DNA of 64,000 nucleotides from Hormiphora californensis. Lineage: Eukaryota; Animalia; Ctenophora. The stretch covers positions 8,866,001-8,930,000 of the forward strand of contig CM035352.1 of NCBI GenBank assembly GCA_020137815.1. The letters are read 5' to 3'. Positions 23,775-37,584 of this stretch are shown here, piece by piece (the first letter of the stretch is position 1; each line of letters opens with the position of its first letter). Position numbers and translations under genes: made by a program. The notes under the pieces are model-generated. The model saw only the letters and a list, made by a program, of their open reading frames with translations, did no database searches and was not told the DNA's origin.

Positions 23775-24707
23775 AACATGAAAATATCCCTCCTCCTTGC
23801 TGTCTGTTATCTCACTAATATTCATGTTTCAGCTGGCGAATTTGGTGTCTGTTTGCGAAGTATTTGCGTCACGGGCCTCCGTCTCCCATATTCGCGTTAT
23901 TACCCGGCAAGCACCTCAGGTATGTGTCATATTTCGAAAGAAAGGAAAGCTTTCCTTGAGTCCGGACTCGCCTGACACTGTGTTCGTGCTCCGCATGAAC
24001 AATTCAAAGCTTTCCTGTATTTTGTCTTTTCTTCATCCATTTAAATCCTCTCCTTCTTTCTCTACTTTCTCTTTTTCATGTCCCTCTCTCGCACTCATTA
24101 TCCTGTTTACGTCTTTGTCTCCATTGAATATAACATGTAACTTGATTTGAACGGGATTTAAACTTACATTCTAAGAACATATTATATCTTCTATATCTTT
24201 CTCCTAATCTCTTGTTTGTCCGTCCGTTTCCCTGACTTGTTATGATCTCTGTGTCTCTGTCTTGGAAGAGGAAGAATAGCGTGCAACTGTTTAACTTCTC
24301 ATCTAGTTTCGACTGCGAAATCAGGCAGCTGCATGTTTTAAACTTAGAGCGCTCAGAACTGCATGTTTCATTGTTCTCTCCATCTCTATCCTCATTCCTC
24401 TCCTACTGGCTACTGTTTTAATTCCTCCTCCTCTCCTCAGGGAGACCAGAGGGGCCAACAACAAAAGTGTATGTCAGATCTGGGGAACAGTTTAGCAGCA
24501 CGAAACATCACCTTCGTCACCAACTATTCAGAGACATTACACGATCGAGAGATAAGGTTTAAGAATGAAAACAATGTGGTATGGGTTGCAATTCTGGGTC
24601 GTGGGTTGGACATGTTTAAAAAAGTCAACAGTTGGTTCTCCTTGGGTGCAACTGATTACTCGTATCGGCTGTGTCATGAAGTTACTGTTACACTGACACG
24701 AGGGTAA
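22913..24707 (+). CDS. MITD1: MIT domain-containing protein 1 (5 exons)
   Basis: MIT domain (KDEEGRFEEALELYQQGLEKLL; IATYMTRAEALK), then IRIQNDESGWTYSRLF, IRIQDPYLHARHQ, LANLVSVCE and the PLD-like LHDREIRF...ILGRGLDMFKK; GT-AG introns. Confidence 0.9.
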
Positions 24708-25821
24708 TGTAGTGTGACATATTCAGTCATATGATGTTATGACTAATTTACTGAGCAGCAGTGTCGAGTTTACAGAATACAGATTTACACCTTCAGTACT
24801 TTTTTCGTAGTACATATCATGGGAGATATTATAGCAGAAAGTACATTTATAACGATTTGTAACATTCCTGACATTTATATTACATTTCTATATCTGGGTA
24901 TAACGAATATATTTAATTCCTACTAATAACGTTGCGGCAGTGTTGGTACTGGCTGGTTTCCAACACTGTACAGTAATTACAAGAGACAACACACGCTACC
25001 AATGTGTGCTGTAGTAGTTGAAGTGTTTTGTTATGTTTTGTATTGTGTTGTTGGCTAACTGTAAATATACACCGCCCACTTTCAGACCTTATATTAGTGT
25101 ATTTTGTTGTTACCTACCACGGTTTTACCAATTACTTTACACTCAGTAGAGTATCCTTTAGAGAATTTAGCTTGATCTGCTGAACCCTCATAGAACGCTT
25201 TATGTGAGATACACAAACTTTAGCTACTCATAGAAAATAGCCCCCCTCCCCCCCCCCCCCCCTCCAGCTCCCCCGTATACAATCGTTTAGAGAGTTTATC
25301 TACATTCACCACCCTCTAAACGGTATTACATATATATATACCCTGCTAACTTAAATAATGCGCCAGTGGCGAGAAGTCCCACTAGCGCGCTCTCAGTAAA
25401 CAGCCAGTCCAGCGGCAGATTATTTCCCACTGGCAGGTTATTTATTTTTAACTCCTACGTAACATTCAAAGTGTGTGTAAATGATCAGTTCTTACTAAAA
25501 TACAGAGGGAACACTATGTGCAACACTTACACACTACATTGGAGAGAAAGAAAGGACACATTCCGTCAATTACTCTCTCTTTATCTCCCCTTTTGTCTCA
25601 CTATCTCTTTCTCTGTGTTATGTGTGACATGCCCCTTATCAGGCTATTTCTTTCACTCTCTTTCCTTAGCAACTGCTTAGTAACTGTTACCAAACAGTGT
25701 ACACTCAATTGTGACGTGTTTTTAACTATTTCTCAGTTCTCTTTGTGTGTTTTGATTAGTGTTCTCTCTCTTGTTGGTGTGTAATACTTGAAATAAACAA
25801 CTAAAGCAGGGTATATAACCC

Positions 25822-26006
25822 ATAAACTCTGACCACTGGCACGTTATAGGTTTAAACCCCTCCGCCTCTCCCTCGGCTCCGCCTCGGGATCGTCGTCGTG
25901 ATTTAAACCAGTTTATCCGCCAGCGGCGGATAAACTCCAGCTAACTTCTCCCAGCGGCGCGCTGGGAGAAAGTTATCTGAAATAACGCGCCAGTGGCCAG
26001 AGTTTA
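25822..26006. mobile_element. Small MITE-like inverted-repeat element
   Basis: ataaactctgaccactggcacgtta ... taacgcgccagtggccagagtttat are near-perfect terminal inverted repeats; related motif at ~25358. Confidence 0.45.
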
Positions 26007-26091
26007 TGCCTCATGTAGATTGACGATTCTACACCCCAATCTTATATTGTGATTTGTGTGTGATATCTGACACCAACACCATATGTTTCTA

Positions 26092-27063
26092 GCCGGGTAG
26101 GCATGACAGTATCCCGAGAGGAAAGTCCCGTATTGGTGGGTAGTGTTAGAGAAGAGAGTCCAGTCCTAGTACCCAGTACCTCATCAGACAGCCCTGTCAT
26201 GGTATCCTATGGAAGCAGGGAGGGAACCCCAGTTGCGACCACTCGCTGGGAACGATTGGACAACATTGGACATGAGCTGCAAGAACTGCAGGAGACGCTG
26301 TCTGTTATTGGTTAGTTGCAGGAGACACTGTCTGTTATTGGTTAGTTGCAGGAGACACTGTCTGTTATTGGTTAGTTGCAGGAGACACTGTCTGTTATTG
26401 GTTAGTTGCAGGAGACACTGTCTGTTATTGGTTAGTTGCAGGAGACACTGTCTGTTATTGGTTAGTTGCAGGAGACGCTGTCTGTTATTGGTTAGTTACA
26501 GGAGACGCTGTCTGTTATTGGTTAGTTACAGGAGACGCTGTCTGTTATTGGTTAGTTACCCCCGATCCTTTTTACCAATACTGTTCTACCTTGTTGGGTA
26601 ATTAGTGGCGCCGTCACCTCTCTTACAACTCAGCCAGCTTGCGGGCTTTGTTTTGGCGCGCTACGTGCGCGAGTTGTAAGGGTGACTGCGTCACCAAGTT
26701 GGGTAACCCCTTACAAATTCTACCCGCATTTGACGTCACGCAGTATTTCACCATACACCACTATTTCCCCATTACCAGTCTCTATACATTGGGACCCCAA
26801 TTTACCGGGATGCTTGGGAAAAGGCTTTTGACCCGTAAATCGGGGTTCTCAGTAAAACAGGGTCTGACTGAACTTTGTCATTACACGACCTCCCTCTGTC
26901 TCTTTCTCAAGCACATGTTTCCTGCAATCCACACTATATCCCACACTATATTCCAGGTGTTGTAGCCCCGGATGAGGAGTGGGACACGGTGTACAGTGTC
27001 GAGGTACTGGATACTACACAACTGAGAGACGAAATTGATCTGTTTTTAGAACTCTGCCAATAA
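26092..27063 (+). CDS. Possible exons of an uncharacterised gene (26092-26310 and 26957-27063)
   Basis: AG/GT-bounded open segments with compatible phase: ...REESPVLV...LQELQETLSVI G VVAPDEEWDTVYSVEVLDTTQLRDEIDLFLELCQ*. No recognisable family. Confidence 0.35.
26287..26559 (+). repeat. 30-bp tandem repeat, ~9 copies
   Basis: Unit GCAGGAGACACTGTCTGTTATTGGTTAGTT, head-to-tail, no spacers. Confidence 0.95.
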
Positions 27064-27073
27064 ATATTAACTA

Positions 27074-27175
27074 CAGGAACCGACCGAAATACTGGTCCCT
27101 GATTGGCTGATAACCAGTCACGTGACCTAAATAACGAGTTCTGATTGGTTGTTTACTTGTGTCGGTCGGTTCCTG
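27074..27175. mobile_element. hAT-type MITE (~105 bp family), copy 1
   Basis: CAGGAACCGACCGA...TCGGTCGGTTCCTG termini; same family as 32550 and 62750. Confidence 0.75.
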
Positions 27176-27478
27176 ACATTATTAACTAACTAACACTAAC
27201 AAAAACTAAAATTACCTAAAATAATGCATGGGCAAAAGTAATAAAAGTACATAGAAAGGTTTTTATTTTGTGTGTGTTTTGTTGATTGAATCATAATGAC
27301 ATCTAATGACATTATTAACGTGACTTTTGCGTGACTTGACTGTAACCTGTATATTATTTGGAATTTTTGGACCAGTTTGAGATACGCAATTTTCAACCGA
27401 CTACTCCCACAAAAACCTAACACGGAATAAAAACATGCCAGCTGCTCCAAAGAAGAACATGAAAAATCTTTAAAAAAA

Positions 27479-29410
27479 TTAATTTCGAGCCCCATTTCGA
27501 GTGAACTTTGTGGTTCTGCTTCCACTTTTCAACAATTCAGTACACGCAGTCCTGCTACCCCGTAGTTTCATGGCAACATTCCCCTGTATAACTTGACCCG
27601 AGGGCCTCCTTGTCCTGCAGCTGGCAAAGCGCCAAATCGTCTTACTTCGAGTCATGAAAATCAGGGGGTTGAAGATGGCATCAGCAATAACCATTCCACT
27701 CGTTAAAACATAGACAATCCGTGCCCCTTGCCCTGGGAATGCCTCCAGAATCCGGTCAACTATTGTGGTATCATCGACCAGGAAACTCACCGCAAACACG
27801 GTACTAGGCAGCACGGAGAGAAGGGTTGTAATAGAGAGAAGGAGGACGGTGAGACTGCTGTCCCGTTTTTCTTGTACAAACCGGGGATCACAAACACGGG
27901 CACGGGTTCCAAGAGACAGTTCATAACCCGTTAGGAGACTACTGATAAAGGTTGGTAGGATGGGAAGGAACACCGTCATGACGTCATATGCCAGGACGAT
28001 CAGGATACTTCTCCAGCCCATTAGGGAGATGTGCTGAACTTGGTCCTGCATGTCTATTTTACCTGGGGGATATTAGCGGGTGAACCAAAGTGGGTGAACT
28101 GTGAAGTATGGCTTACTATAATATGGGACACACTGCCCACTAGAATTTGTTTTAAGCAAAGGAGGGAATTAAAAGAGCCCTTTTCTTACTATAATAGAAG
28201 ATTTGGTTGTTTTGCCCGCGAATAACAGTCTAACTTGGCAAAGATTTGGAGCATCTTTTGGGTGTTTGCAATATCTGGGCAACAGGCTTTTATAATTTTC
28301 CTGTCCCTAAACTCATCACACATATTGGTTACGAAGTTACCCCTCCCTTGCCAGCGCAAGAAGGTCGCGAGATGTTATTTCGTAACCAATCACACATACC
28401 AGTTCGTTGGACGGGGTTGAGTTTATATGCGATGTAGGAGGTACATCCGAACAGTGGAGTTACAAACATGACCACAAGAATACACAGATATACAAGGAGG
28501 GGTATCACGATGGATCGTAGTGGGTATATCCTGTTGAAGGGCCTTCGCAGATGTATATATCGGCTGATACTCATTACCGCGAACAGAAACAACCGAAATC
28601 GGATCTGGGGGATGGGGAAGTGGTTGTTATGTTATGGGATTTGAGGAGGGAGGGTCGAGCAATACAAGGCAAGAAAGTGGGTGGTATTTTTTTACGGTTA
28701 GAGGGGGGGGGGTAAAAATTCACTTTTGGCATCTGGTAAGTGTCGCCATAAAACAAGAGTTCCTCGTTTCTTTAATTCACAATAGTCACCTCAAGGTTGT
28801 AAAGGAAGGAAATCCCTTGAAAGAGCGGGAAGGCTCCTCTCAATAAATCCTTGATAGAGATGATACCCATACTGATGCACGACTGGAAGGTACCCAGCAC
28901 AAGACATGTCATCAGGTCCATGACACTCAGAATGATGAACATGAGCGTTGGAGGGAAGGTGAGTTTCCGAAATTTTATAAGAAACAGGATGATGGTCGCG
29001 TTACAGGCAATGCCACCCAGGGACAGAGTGACTGTTACCAGGGAGAGAACTATCTGAAAATGGAAGGTTGTACTACTAGCAAATATATAATAAACCTGTT
29101 TAGAAACCTGTCAGAGCATTGGCCTAACCATATAGTTCTAATTTCTTTCAAACAACCGCGATCAGAGCATTGACCTAGCAGGTTGAGAGAGGAGTTACTC
29201 GTCTGCATTACTAACGAAGGACTATATTTTGTGACGTTCTTTCCCGGAAGAGCGGACAATTCTTTACGACTGGGGTGCTTTTGCAAAGTGGTAATCCAAA
29301 TTCTTTACCTCCCAAGGGTTTTTAAGGCTTTCATCAAAAGCTAACAGTACATAACGTTCATCCTCATCAAGAAGTGTTGCGTAGTACTTGCATGAATGGT
29401 TCCTGATCAT
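27479..29410 (-). CDS. Rhodopsin-class (class A) GPCR, 4 exons
   Basis: ATG 29410. TM1 LGGIACNATIILFL, TM2 IILSVMDLMTCL, TM3 LFAVMSISRYIHLRRPF, TM7 ADAIFNPLIFMTRS (NPxxY-like). Confidence 0.8.
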
Positions 29411-29477
29411 CTACCTAACTTTATCGGGGCAGATTGTTACTCAGTCAACCTACGTTACCTACGATATACAACTACTA

Positions 29478-30114
29478 CTGGGTGTTCATTTTGGATCTTT
29501 ACAAGCGTTGGCCTTAACCCAGAAAAAAGTTGACAAAATCAGGTCATGAAACTTCATACTTGGACCATTCTATACCCTCATTCAAGGTTCCTAGGGGTTT
29601 TGGAGCTCTAGCACCCCGGGAAGTGTGTTTTTGGCATCAAAACTACCAGAAGGAATTTTTTGCTGGTGCTGAGACTTTGCTAAAATGTTTTTTGAGTATT
29701 TTCTATGTCAATCCTAAAGTTTCATAGAGATTGGATGTGTTTTTCGGACTCAAAATTTCGATAAAAGTGGCTGGAAAGGCTCGAAAACAGCTCAAAAGCG
29801 GCTAAAATTGAGTCTTTCCAGCCACTTTTTACGAAATTTTGAGTCTGAAAAACACATCCAATCTCTATGAAACTTTAGGATTGACATAGAAAATACCCAA
29901 AAAACATTTTAGCAAAGTCTCAGCACCAGCAAAAAATTCCTTCTGGTAGTTTTGATGCCAAAAACACACTTCCCGGGGTGCTAGAGCTCCAAAACACCCA
30001 GGAACCTTGAATGAGGGTATAGAATGGTCCAAGTATGAAGTTTCATGACCTGATCTTGTCAAACTTTTTCTGGGTGAAGCCCAACGCTTGTAAAGATCCA
30101 AAATGAACACCCTG
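29478..30114. mobile_element. Tc1/mariner-type foldback MITE, nearly fully palindromic
   Basis: C(A/T)GGGTGTTCATTTTGGATC termini with flanking TA (29476-77, 30115-16); arms of ~300 bp. Confidence 0.8.
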
Positions 30115-30121
30115 TATATAG

Positions 30122-31098
30122 TAAGGTGATAAGCCAGGAATACCACAAAAAAATTTGTTACAAAGGATTTCCACCTCAAATGTACTCCTAAGGGTCCCCT
30201 CTATCGATTCCAACCAATGTTCATATTTGTTCAGGGGCACGCTAAGGCCTCATTTCCGGGTGGGCGTGGTACCTGTATTTTCAGCCTGAGGCCAAAACCA
30301 TAAGTAGAGAGTAGAGATAAAATCGAGGGCACCAGAGTGATCAGCGTCCTCGCATTAGTGGGGATAGGTGCTGGAATTAAGTCTCTATCTCATCTGGTTA
30401 ATTAGATAATTGGATAATTAGTTTTGCGTATAACCGTTTTTTGGCTATATGGCTATAGCCACTTAGGAATGGTTTAGAGACTTTTCATTGGTGCCATTTT
30501 GTAGGCAAAGCGAATTTATGGGGGGTCGACGTCGGACTTTTAAGCTCTATCTTCAACCGTTTAGCCGTTATTTGGCTTTTAAGATTCTCCAAATGAGCAA
30601 AATACGGTAAAATCCCAGATTTTGAACACCGTTAAACCCAAATAACGGCTAAACGGTTGAAGATAGAGCTTAAAAGTCCGACGTCGACCCCCCATAAATT
30701 CGCTTTGCCTACAAAATGGCACCAATGAAAAGTCTCTAAACCATTCCTAAGTAACTATAGCCATATAGCCAAAAAACGGTTATGCACAAAACTAATTATC
30801 CAATTATCTAATTAACCAGATGAGCTAGAGACTTAATTCCAGCACCTACCCCCACTAATGCGAGGACGCTGATCACTCTGGTGCCCTCGATTTTATCTCT
30901 ACTCCTATTTTAAGGGTACTTATGGTTTTGGCCTCAGGCTGAAAATACAGGTACCACGCCCACCCGGAAATGAGGCCTTAGCACCCCTGAACAAATATGA
31001 ACATTGGTTGGAATCGATAGAGGGGACCCTTAGGAGTACATTTGAGGTGGAAATCCTTTTTTTATGGTTGAGGCTAAAATTTTAGTTAAATCACCTTA
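30122..31098. mobile_element. Long foldback element
   Basis: 30162-~30575 is the inverted copy of ~30635-31059. Outer termini TAAGGTGAT...ATCACCTTA are possibly Kolobok-like (TTAA on the right side only). Confidence 0.7.
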
Positions 31099-32549
31099 AC
31101 TGAGCGAGGGCAATCGTTAAAAGATATCGAAATTGAAATATAACAAGGCAACGCGACTAAATTCTATAGTAAAGCTGTTGCGGTACAATATATTGCTTGA
31201 AAGGAGCAGCATGTTTAGATTAATAGGGGAGGGGAGGGGCAGGGAGCACCTCCTTAAATGGGATTGAGTTCTAAGAAAACGGTCCGTTTTTTAACGAAGG
31301 AAACTGAAAACGATGGCTTTAAAGATTGCGGCTTCAAATAAATTAAAATATCAAGTTTCTGAGTCTCAGTATAAGACAATAGATGGAAGATACCGCCTTG
31401 AACAATGTTAATGGCCGTGTGTTAATCTAAGACGAGATTAGGAATGCTGCACAAATGGAACAGACTTCAACAACAAAGGATGGATATATGAGAATGCTGG
31501 ACTTTCAGTCACGTTCAAGATGAACTTTCTATCTCTTTCAATCTACCTCTCTCTACATCTCTCTATCTCCCAGTCTCTCTTGTTCTTCGTTTTATCTCTC
31601 TATATCCTCTACAAAGACTAATGAACTAGTCAATTATACCAAATAAAACAAAAGGATAGTATCCCAGGTTCAACGTCTTTAACAATCAAACAAAAGGACA
31701 TGGGTATGTTAACGCAAAGTAGAATTAGGTAAGGAGAAAATAACGCCGCCCATCTGGGGCCACTCAGTAGTCACGATCTCCGTAAGTGCCGGCCAAATGG
31801 CTTTACCAATATAGTTCTTTGTGGGATTTATCACATACACCATCTAGAATAAGAAGAATAAGAAGGATAAATTGGGGCGGTGTATTAAAGTGAGGGGTAA
31901 GTGCAAATGCCCGAGTTTTAGCGAATTCATATATGTTACAGTGCTGCTTGTAGTCGTATTACCGTAATGGAAATACAGTAATGAGACGCACACGTTGCAT
32001 AACACGCGGCAAAAAGTGTATGTGTTCAGCACGTACTAGCGCCCTGATTGGCCACGGTTGCGTGACGTCTTACTGTATCTCCGTTTTCCATTACCGTTTT
32101 CCCAATAAAAGCGACCGTATATTACCCATACGTGTATTGAGAGAAAGCACAGTACAAAACAAATGATATGATTTAAAGTAGATTCATGGAGGACGGACGG
32201 ACACTTAGTCAGAGCATCATTACAAACCGATGTTTTTCCAGCTTCATTTTATCGGAGTATGATGAAATCAAGCTGCAAATGTTGTGCAGGATTGGTATAT
32301 TTCATCACGCCGCGTCATTCTTTCTATTGGTATTGCCAATCCTTTTCACAGTCTCAGCTCTAAGACATCAATCAAATTTACATTCTCAGCTGCACAACCC
32401 ATCACGGGTATAGAGCAATCAGACTGATGATATTAGTATTTCAATCGTCCGCCCCCAAGTACTATGATAAGGGTTGAAACATTTTACCAAACCGTTCGAC
32501 AAAAGTGAATATATAAGTGGAATGAATCGCATCGAACATACTCGCAAAC

Positions 32550-32658
32550 CAGGAACCGACCGAATCAGGAAATACTGGTCCCTGATTGGCTGATAACCAG
32601 TCACGCGACCTAAATAACGAGTTCTGATTGGTTGTTTACTTGTTTCGGTCGGTTCCTG
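32550..32658. mobile_element. hAT-type MITE, copy 2
   Basis: CAGG...CCTG TIRs with a perfect 8-bp TSD TCGCAAAC (32542-49 and 32659-66). Confidence 0.85.
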
Positions 32659-33185
32659 TCGCAAACTGAAGGATACACACACATATTATGATGTGTATGG
32701 AATATGGATCCCTTGTCAGCTGCTTACTTCCTTCGTCCGAAGCGTAATTACCGATAAATGGTGTCCTTGTCTCATGTAATTATGAGAACCAGTAAATAAA
32801 ATGAAAATTACAACAGAAACCAAATCAGTAAACCACAAATCCATTATAAAATACATTTAGGTTTTTCAGGTTGATCCCTGCACAAACGCATGAAATGCCG
32901 GCGGATTATTTACACGTAACCATGCATTCATTGTTGCAATCGTTTTTTCCTGTCACTGCAGACTGTTAGGCTCCAGGAGGGAAATCGCCGTCGAAAGGTC
33001 ACACAGGTAGTGGGCTACCTACTTCTACTGTATATTGTCCTTCAATAGCGAATGGCCGTCGACCTAGTATGGTATGTTGTTATTGCATTGTCTCTTTCTT
33101 TTCTCTCATGAATCATGTCTTTATTTTAACCCCTTTAATCTTTATTTATCGTTTTATAGCTCTAACGCCGTCTATTTCTCCCTGT

Positions 33186-33304
<119 letters not shown>

Positions 33305-33522
33305 CTCTCCCTCTCTCTCCCTCTCTTTCCCTCCCTTTCCCTCTATTTCTCTATCTATCCCCCGCACACACGTCTCTCGCACACATTATCTCCATCTCTG
33401 TATATTTATCTATCATTGTGCGGGGAACATTTCATGCGGTTCAGCCAATCTCATTGTCCTCACTCTGAATCCTCCACTCTCCACATAGTACTATAATACC
33501 AGCCCTATCTTATATATTTGTT

Positions 33523-33831
33523 TTGATGCCACGTCTCTCCAGTCTCGGCTCTAGTTCGTCCTACTCCAGTACTGGATCCTCAGCTGAGCCATCACCCAGA
33601 TTCCCTTTTCTCTTGGCCCGGGCCGTTGGTATAACTCTAATAAAGATCACCGGACTGGTTGTCGGTTTGTCGCTGCTGGGAGTATGTTTTATGATGTTAT
33701 CAGTACGATATGAAGCATTCTACAAAGCCTACCAGATCAATGAAATTGATAAGCGATTGGAAACTGTAGACTTCAAACCATTTGAGCAAAGTTATTTCAA
33801 ATTCCAAGACGAGGAAACTGAGTTGAACTGA
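33523..33831 (+). CDS. Possible small single-pass membrane protein
   Basis: 102-aa ORF: Ser-rich N-terminus, hydrophobic ITGLVVGLSLLGVCFMML, charged C-terminus. No recognised family. Confidence 0.3.
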   Translation: MMPRLSSLGSSSSYSSTGSSAEPSPRFPFLLARAVGITLIKITGLVVGLSLLGVCFMMLSVRYEAFYKAYQINEIDKRLETVDFKPFEQSYFKFQDEETELN

Positions 33832-34839
33832 ATTACTTTCGGAAAAATTGTAAGCTATATTTCTGAGAAAAAAGAGCTATTTAACAGAGCAGCAGTAGTA
33901 GTCGGGGAGTAAATGAAAAATAGCGGAATGTGACACTGGATGGCTTCATCAAGGTTTCAGTAATGTCTTGATCGCAAACAGTGCAGTAGCTAAAATGTTC
34001 GGAAGCTATTTAAAAGGAACTTTTATTTCACCCTATCACGTATTGGAAGGGAAGATAAATTAATTTAACAATTTGTATCTTCTTTGAGTGATTTTTATCA
34101 TTTGAATTATTCTTAATTTGTACAAAAGGGGGCAGTTCACCTGCAGCAGCATTCCCGATCACTACCACAGAACTACTGCTGCAACAGTGATAAATTATAT
34201 GTCGACACCCTAGCTGTAGCAATCACATATTGTTGCACCACCAACAGTGTGATACTAGCACTATCACATTTACCGAGTTTGTAATTATGTATGTGTCCAC
34301 GAGAATCATATATAATAAGATGGGATATTAGGTATTAGTAGTATAATATCCAACAGTAACACCATGGAGATTAGGGTATAATCGTCACGTGTTTATGGGA
34401 GAGAAACGAGGGGAAAAGCAAACTATCTGGCGAGACACGCTGTGGTTATGAATGCGTAATGTACGCCTTTAAAATATTCGTCAATCATGCGAGACATGGG
34501 AGTCGGGAAATGGTTTTATTGCTCTTTAGAGCACTTAAATGGTCGTAATAAATAGTAATAAATTTACCGAGCAGCATAGCATGCATTTTAGTGTTGTAGT
34601 AAGACTTTACCAGAGCCTATGGATTACATTTACAGATCGGAAGGAAAGCTGAGAGTGGATTTTAGGGATAATGGAGTGGAATTTTGTTTTATTGAGGAAA
34701 ATGGGAGAGATGTTAGAAATTAACAATTCAGAGGGCAAAGAGAAGGATGTTCAATAGAATATTATTAGATGATAAAAGCTTGGTGCATAGCTTAATTCCA
34801 AGTTGTGCTAGCCACCTCTATCCTATAACTTAACTCTCT

Positions 34840-34904
<65 letters not shown>

Positions 34905-36715
34905 ATTGGAAAAGGGTGCTCAACATGGAAATAATGGCGTAGCGAGGGATATTATACCTGCTGCCCAGGCGGCATAATGCATATACCTAACAGCTCACAT
35001 GTTGAGGAGAACCTACTTACATGTGATGAAAGATGAAGAACGAACCGAACCTAACCTGCTTACCTAACATGCATATACCTATTTTTCAATCCGATGAAAA
35101 ATATGATCAATTTGACAAGTATGATTTCAAGAAAGTAGTTTTATTTACTACAAGGAATACCGCTGTTCAAATTGGAAACATCAAACAACATAAAATATTG
35201 AACAGGGGGTGTTCCCAAAATCCAGATCCCAATTTCATGATAGCTCAGGAGGTCCCAGTGTCCGCCTTCTTCTATGACAGTTCTCTTTACACATTATTAC
35301 TGCAGACAATCATAAAATTAATTCGCACAGTCAACAACCCCACACTAGGCCCAACTAGTAGAGTAGTGTCACTATCATTTTACAACACTATAGAGAACGC
35401 ATATTAATATATTCTTGCCTAGTTAGACCCTCTTTCATAAAATGGGTTTGAACAAAACAAATATATTCAGAGTCTTCTACCGAAGAGACTCTGTCGCAAG
35501 ACACATCTGTCTATCTCAACTTCAAATGAAGGGAAAGCTGTGCTGAACTACTGTCTAGTACATTTTAGAAAATGCAATATATTTTAATGCCAGTCGTCAT
35601 TGTCAGTTGGTATTGAATGATGTTCAAGCATCTTGTGTCTGAAAATGAAATAATGACACTTCAAAGACAGAGGGGCTCACTGAAATACTTTTTGACATTT
35701 GAGACTCAAAATCTCAAATGTCAAATATATGAACAGTGATCGGATCACTGTGATCCCTTCTGGGTATACTGTGATGATTCATCACCTGAATATTTTAAGA
35801 ACATGCTTCTTTCTCTCGATGCATTTAGTGATACAGTCGGACCCCCTATTTAGCAGACACCCCGAGGGTGCCGTTAAATCGGGGTCCGATCGTACTAATA
35901 GGCACAACTTATATTATCTCATCACGTCATTTTGACGTTTTGATTTGTGTGTCACGACGTGATTCGTAGGAATCACGCCGCAAGGCAGCTCCCTGGCCCT
36001 CATACCCTTGATTTGCGATCAGTACGATCGTCCCAGTTCTATACTACTGAATATTATGTTGCTGTGTTGTCCTGGTAATGTCCACACACCCTGCATGCCC
36101 CCTGCACTAAGTTGTTGAGTCCCCTGTATTTAGTGCAGTGTCATGTGGTATTGTGGTCCACTACTTGGAACCAGGAATATGAGAAAGCAACTTTTCTCAG
36201 GACTATATCATTCATACTGGTAACTATTTCGCCACAACCAGTGTTGCCGATATATGCAGTCAGCACTGCAACAACGATATCCGGTCTCCCCCCCCCCCCC
36301 CCTCGTTTCGAAACATCCTGTTTTGTAGACGTAGCGCGCGGTACTAGCATTGTAGGGTTTTTCGCGCTTGGTCTGGGGATGCTGCGCCAAGATGTAAGTT
36401 TGGGGATACCCGCGCGCTACGTACAAAACACCGACATGTGAGATATTGAGGGACGAGATGTCTGTTTACTTATTCAAATTCATATCAAAGGGTAAAGAGA
36501 GGGAATTTTGGTACATAAAAAGTTAAATTATTCACATAGTCAATCTTCGATATAATTTTGGCACTTTTTTTAAAAACACAAGTTACACACACACTGTCTT
36601 TACTCTTTGTCTTATTCAACCCGATTCCTGAAAGCTGAAAACTATACAGAATGAAGATCCAATTATCCCTTCTTTTCTAAGTCAGCATAGTTAGGAGTTT
36701 TAATCTCTTCTTTTC

Positions 36716-37584
36716 TCAGTCAGAATAGTTAGTAGGAGTTTCAACAGGTGGTGGGGTAGAGTTATTATTGGGATTTGGTATTCTCGTACTCGATAGATTT
36801 TCCCTGCTCGTAAACCCAGGTGCTGAAGGTTGAACATCATCGGTTCCGTCTGAAAACATTGCATTATAGTCATTAGTCAGTCTGCAATCTCTCGATCAAT
36901 AGGATATTGTTCAATACCACATGTAATATAAAACACACATATCCACACACGGATTTACCTGACTCAGACTCCTTTGAAAAATTGCCAGTTTTCTTGAAAA
37001 GCCGTGCATTGCTTACAACTATCTTGGGAACTCTCCTCTTCTTTCTATTTCTCTTATGGTAGCACAGGATCGCAGAGAGAATGGTAAACCCTAGGATTAC
37101 TCCACAGCAAATTGCAACAACTCGCCAGAGGGTACCAAAATCTACCGGGGAAGCAGTAATTAATTAACTAATTAATTAAGTATGTCTCCAAACTGCAAAT
37201 AACTCTTTTGAATTGTCTCATTACCTATACCGAATTGATCAGATTCCCCATCCACATTCTTAGTTTCCTCAGTATTACCACCTGTATCTGGATCTGCAAA
37301 CAGGTGTTAACTATAACACGTACAATGACGTACATTTACAAACTACAGCAGAACTACCCAGTTTGGGGAAGCCTTAAAAATTCTCTCAGCCCAGCACAAT
37401 GTGTTTTCACCACAGCCCAAACTACCGCATTTTGCTAACCTGTTGTGCTTGTTGAGCACTGCTTCCCCTTCCACCCCTCCTTACAAATCCTCTCTCCAGT
37501 AGTCTCATTACAGGAGTACCGCACCGTATTAGCAACACAGTTCACCCCGCATTCATCTCCATAGTAACCTGTGCTGCAGGAAGT
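36716..37584 (-). CDS. Delta/DSL-like gene, 3' half (DSL domain, stalk, TM, cytoplasmic tail; 4 exons)
   Basis: Exon 37584-37440 reads TSCSTGYYGDECGVNCVANTVRYSCNETTGERICKEGWKGKQC (DSL cysteine pattern). Next: 37293-37231; 37141-~36959 with TM VVAICCGVILGFTILSAILCY followed by HKRNRKKRR; last exon ends at TGA 36716. All phases are compatible. Confidence 0.75.

Noticed and set aside
26287-26559. 30-bp repeat array as a CRISPR array
   Set aside because: Units are head-to-tail with no unique spacers, there are no cas genes, and the context is eukaryotic.
29530-30179. Pair of near-identical ORFs on opposite strands
   Set aside because: A by-product of the palindromic MITE; no transposase motifs.
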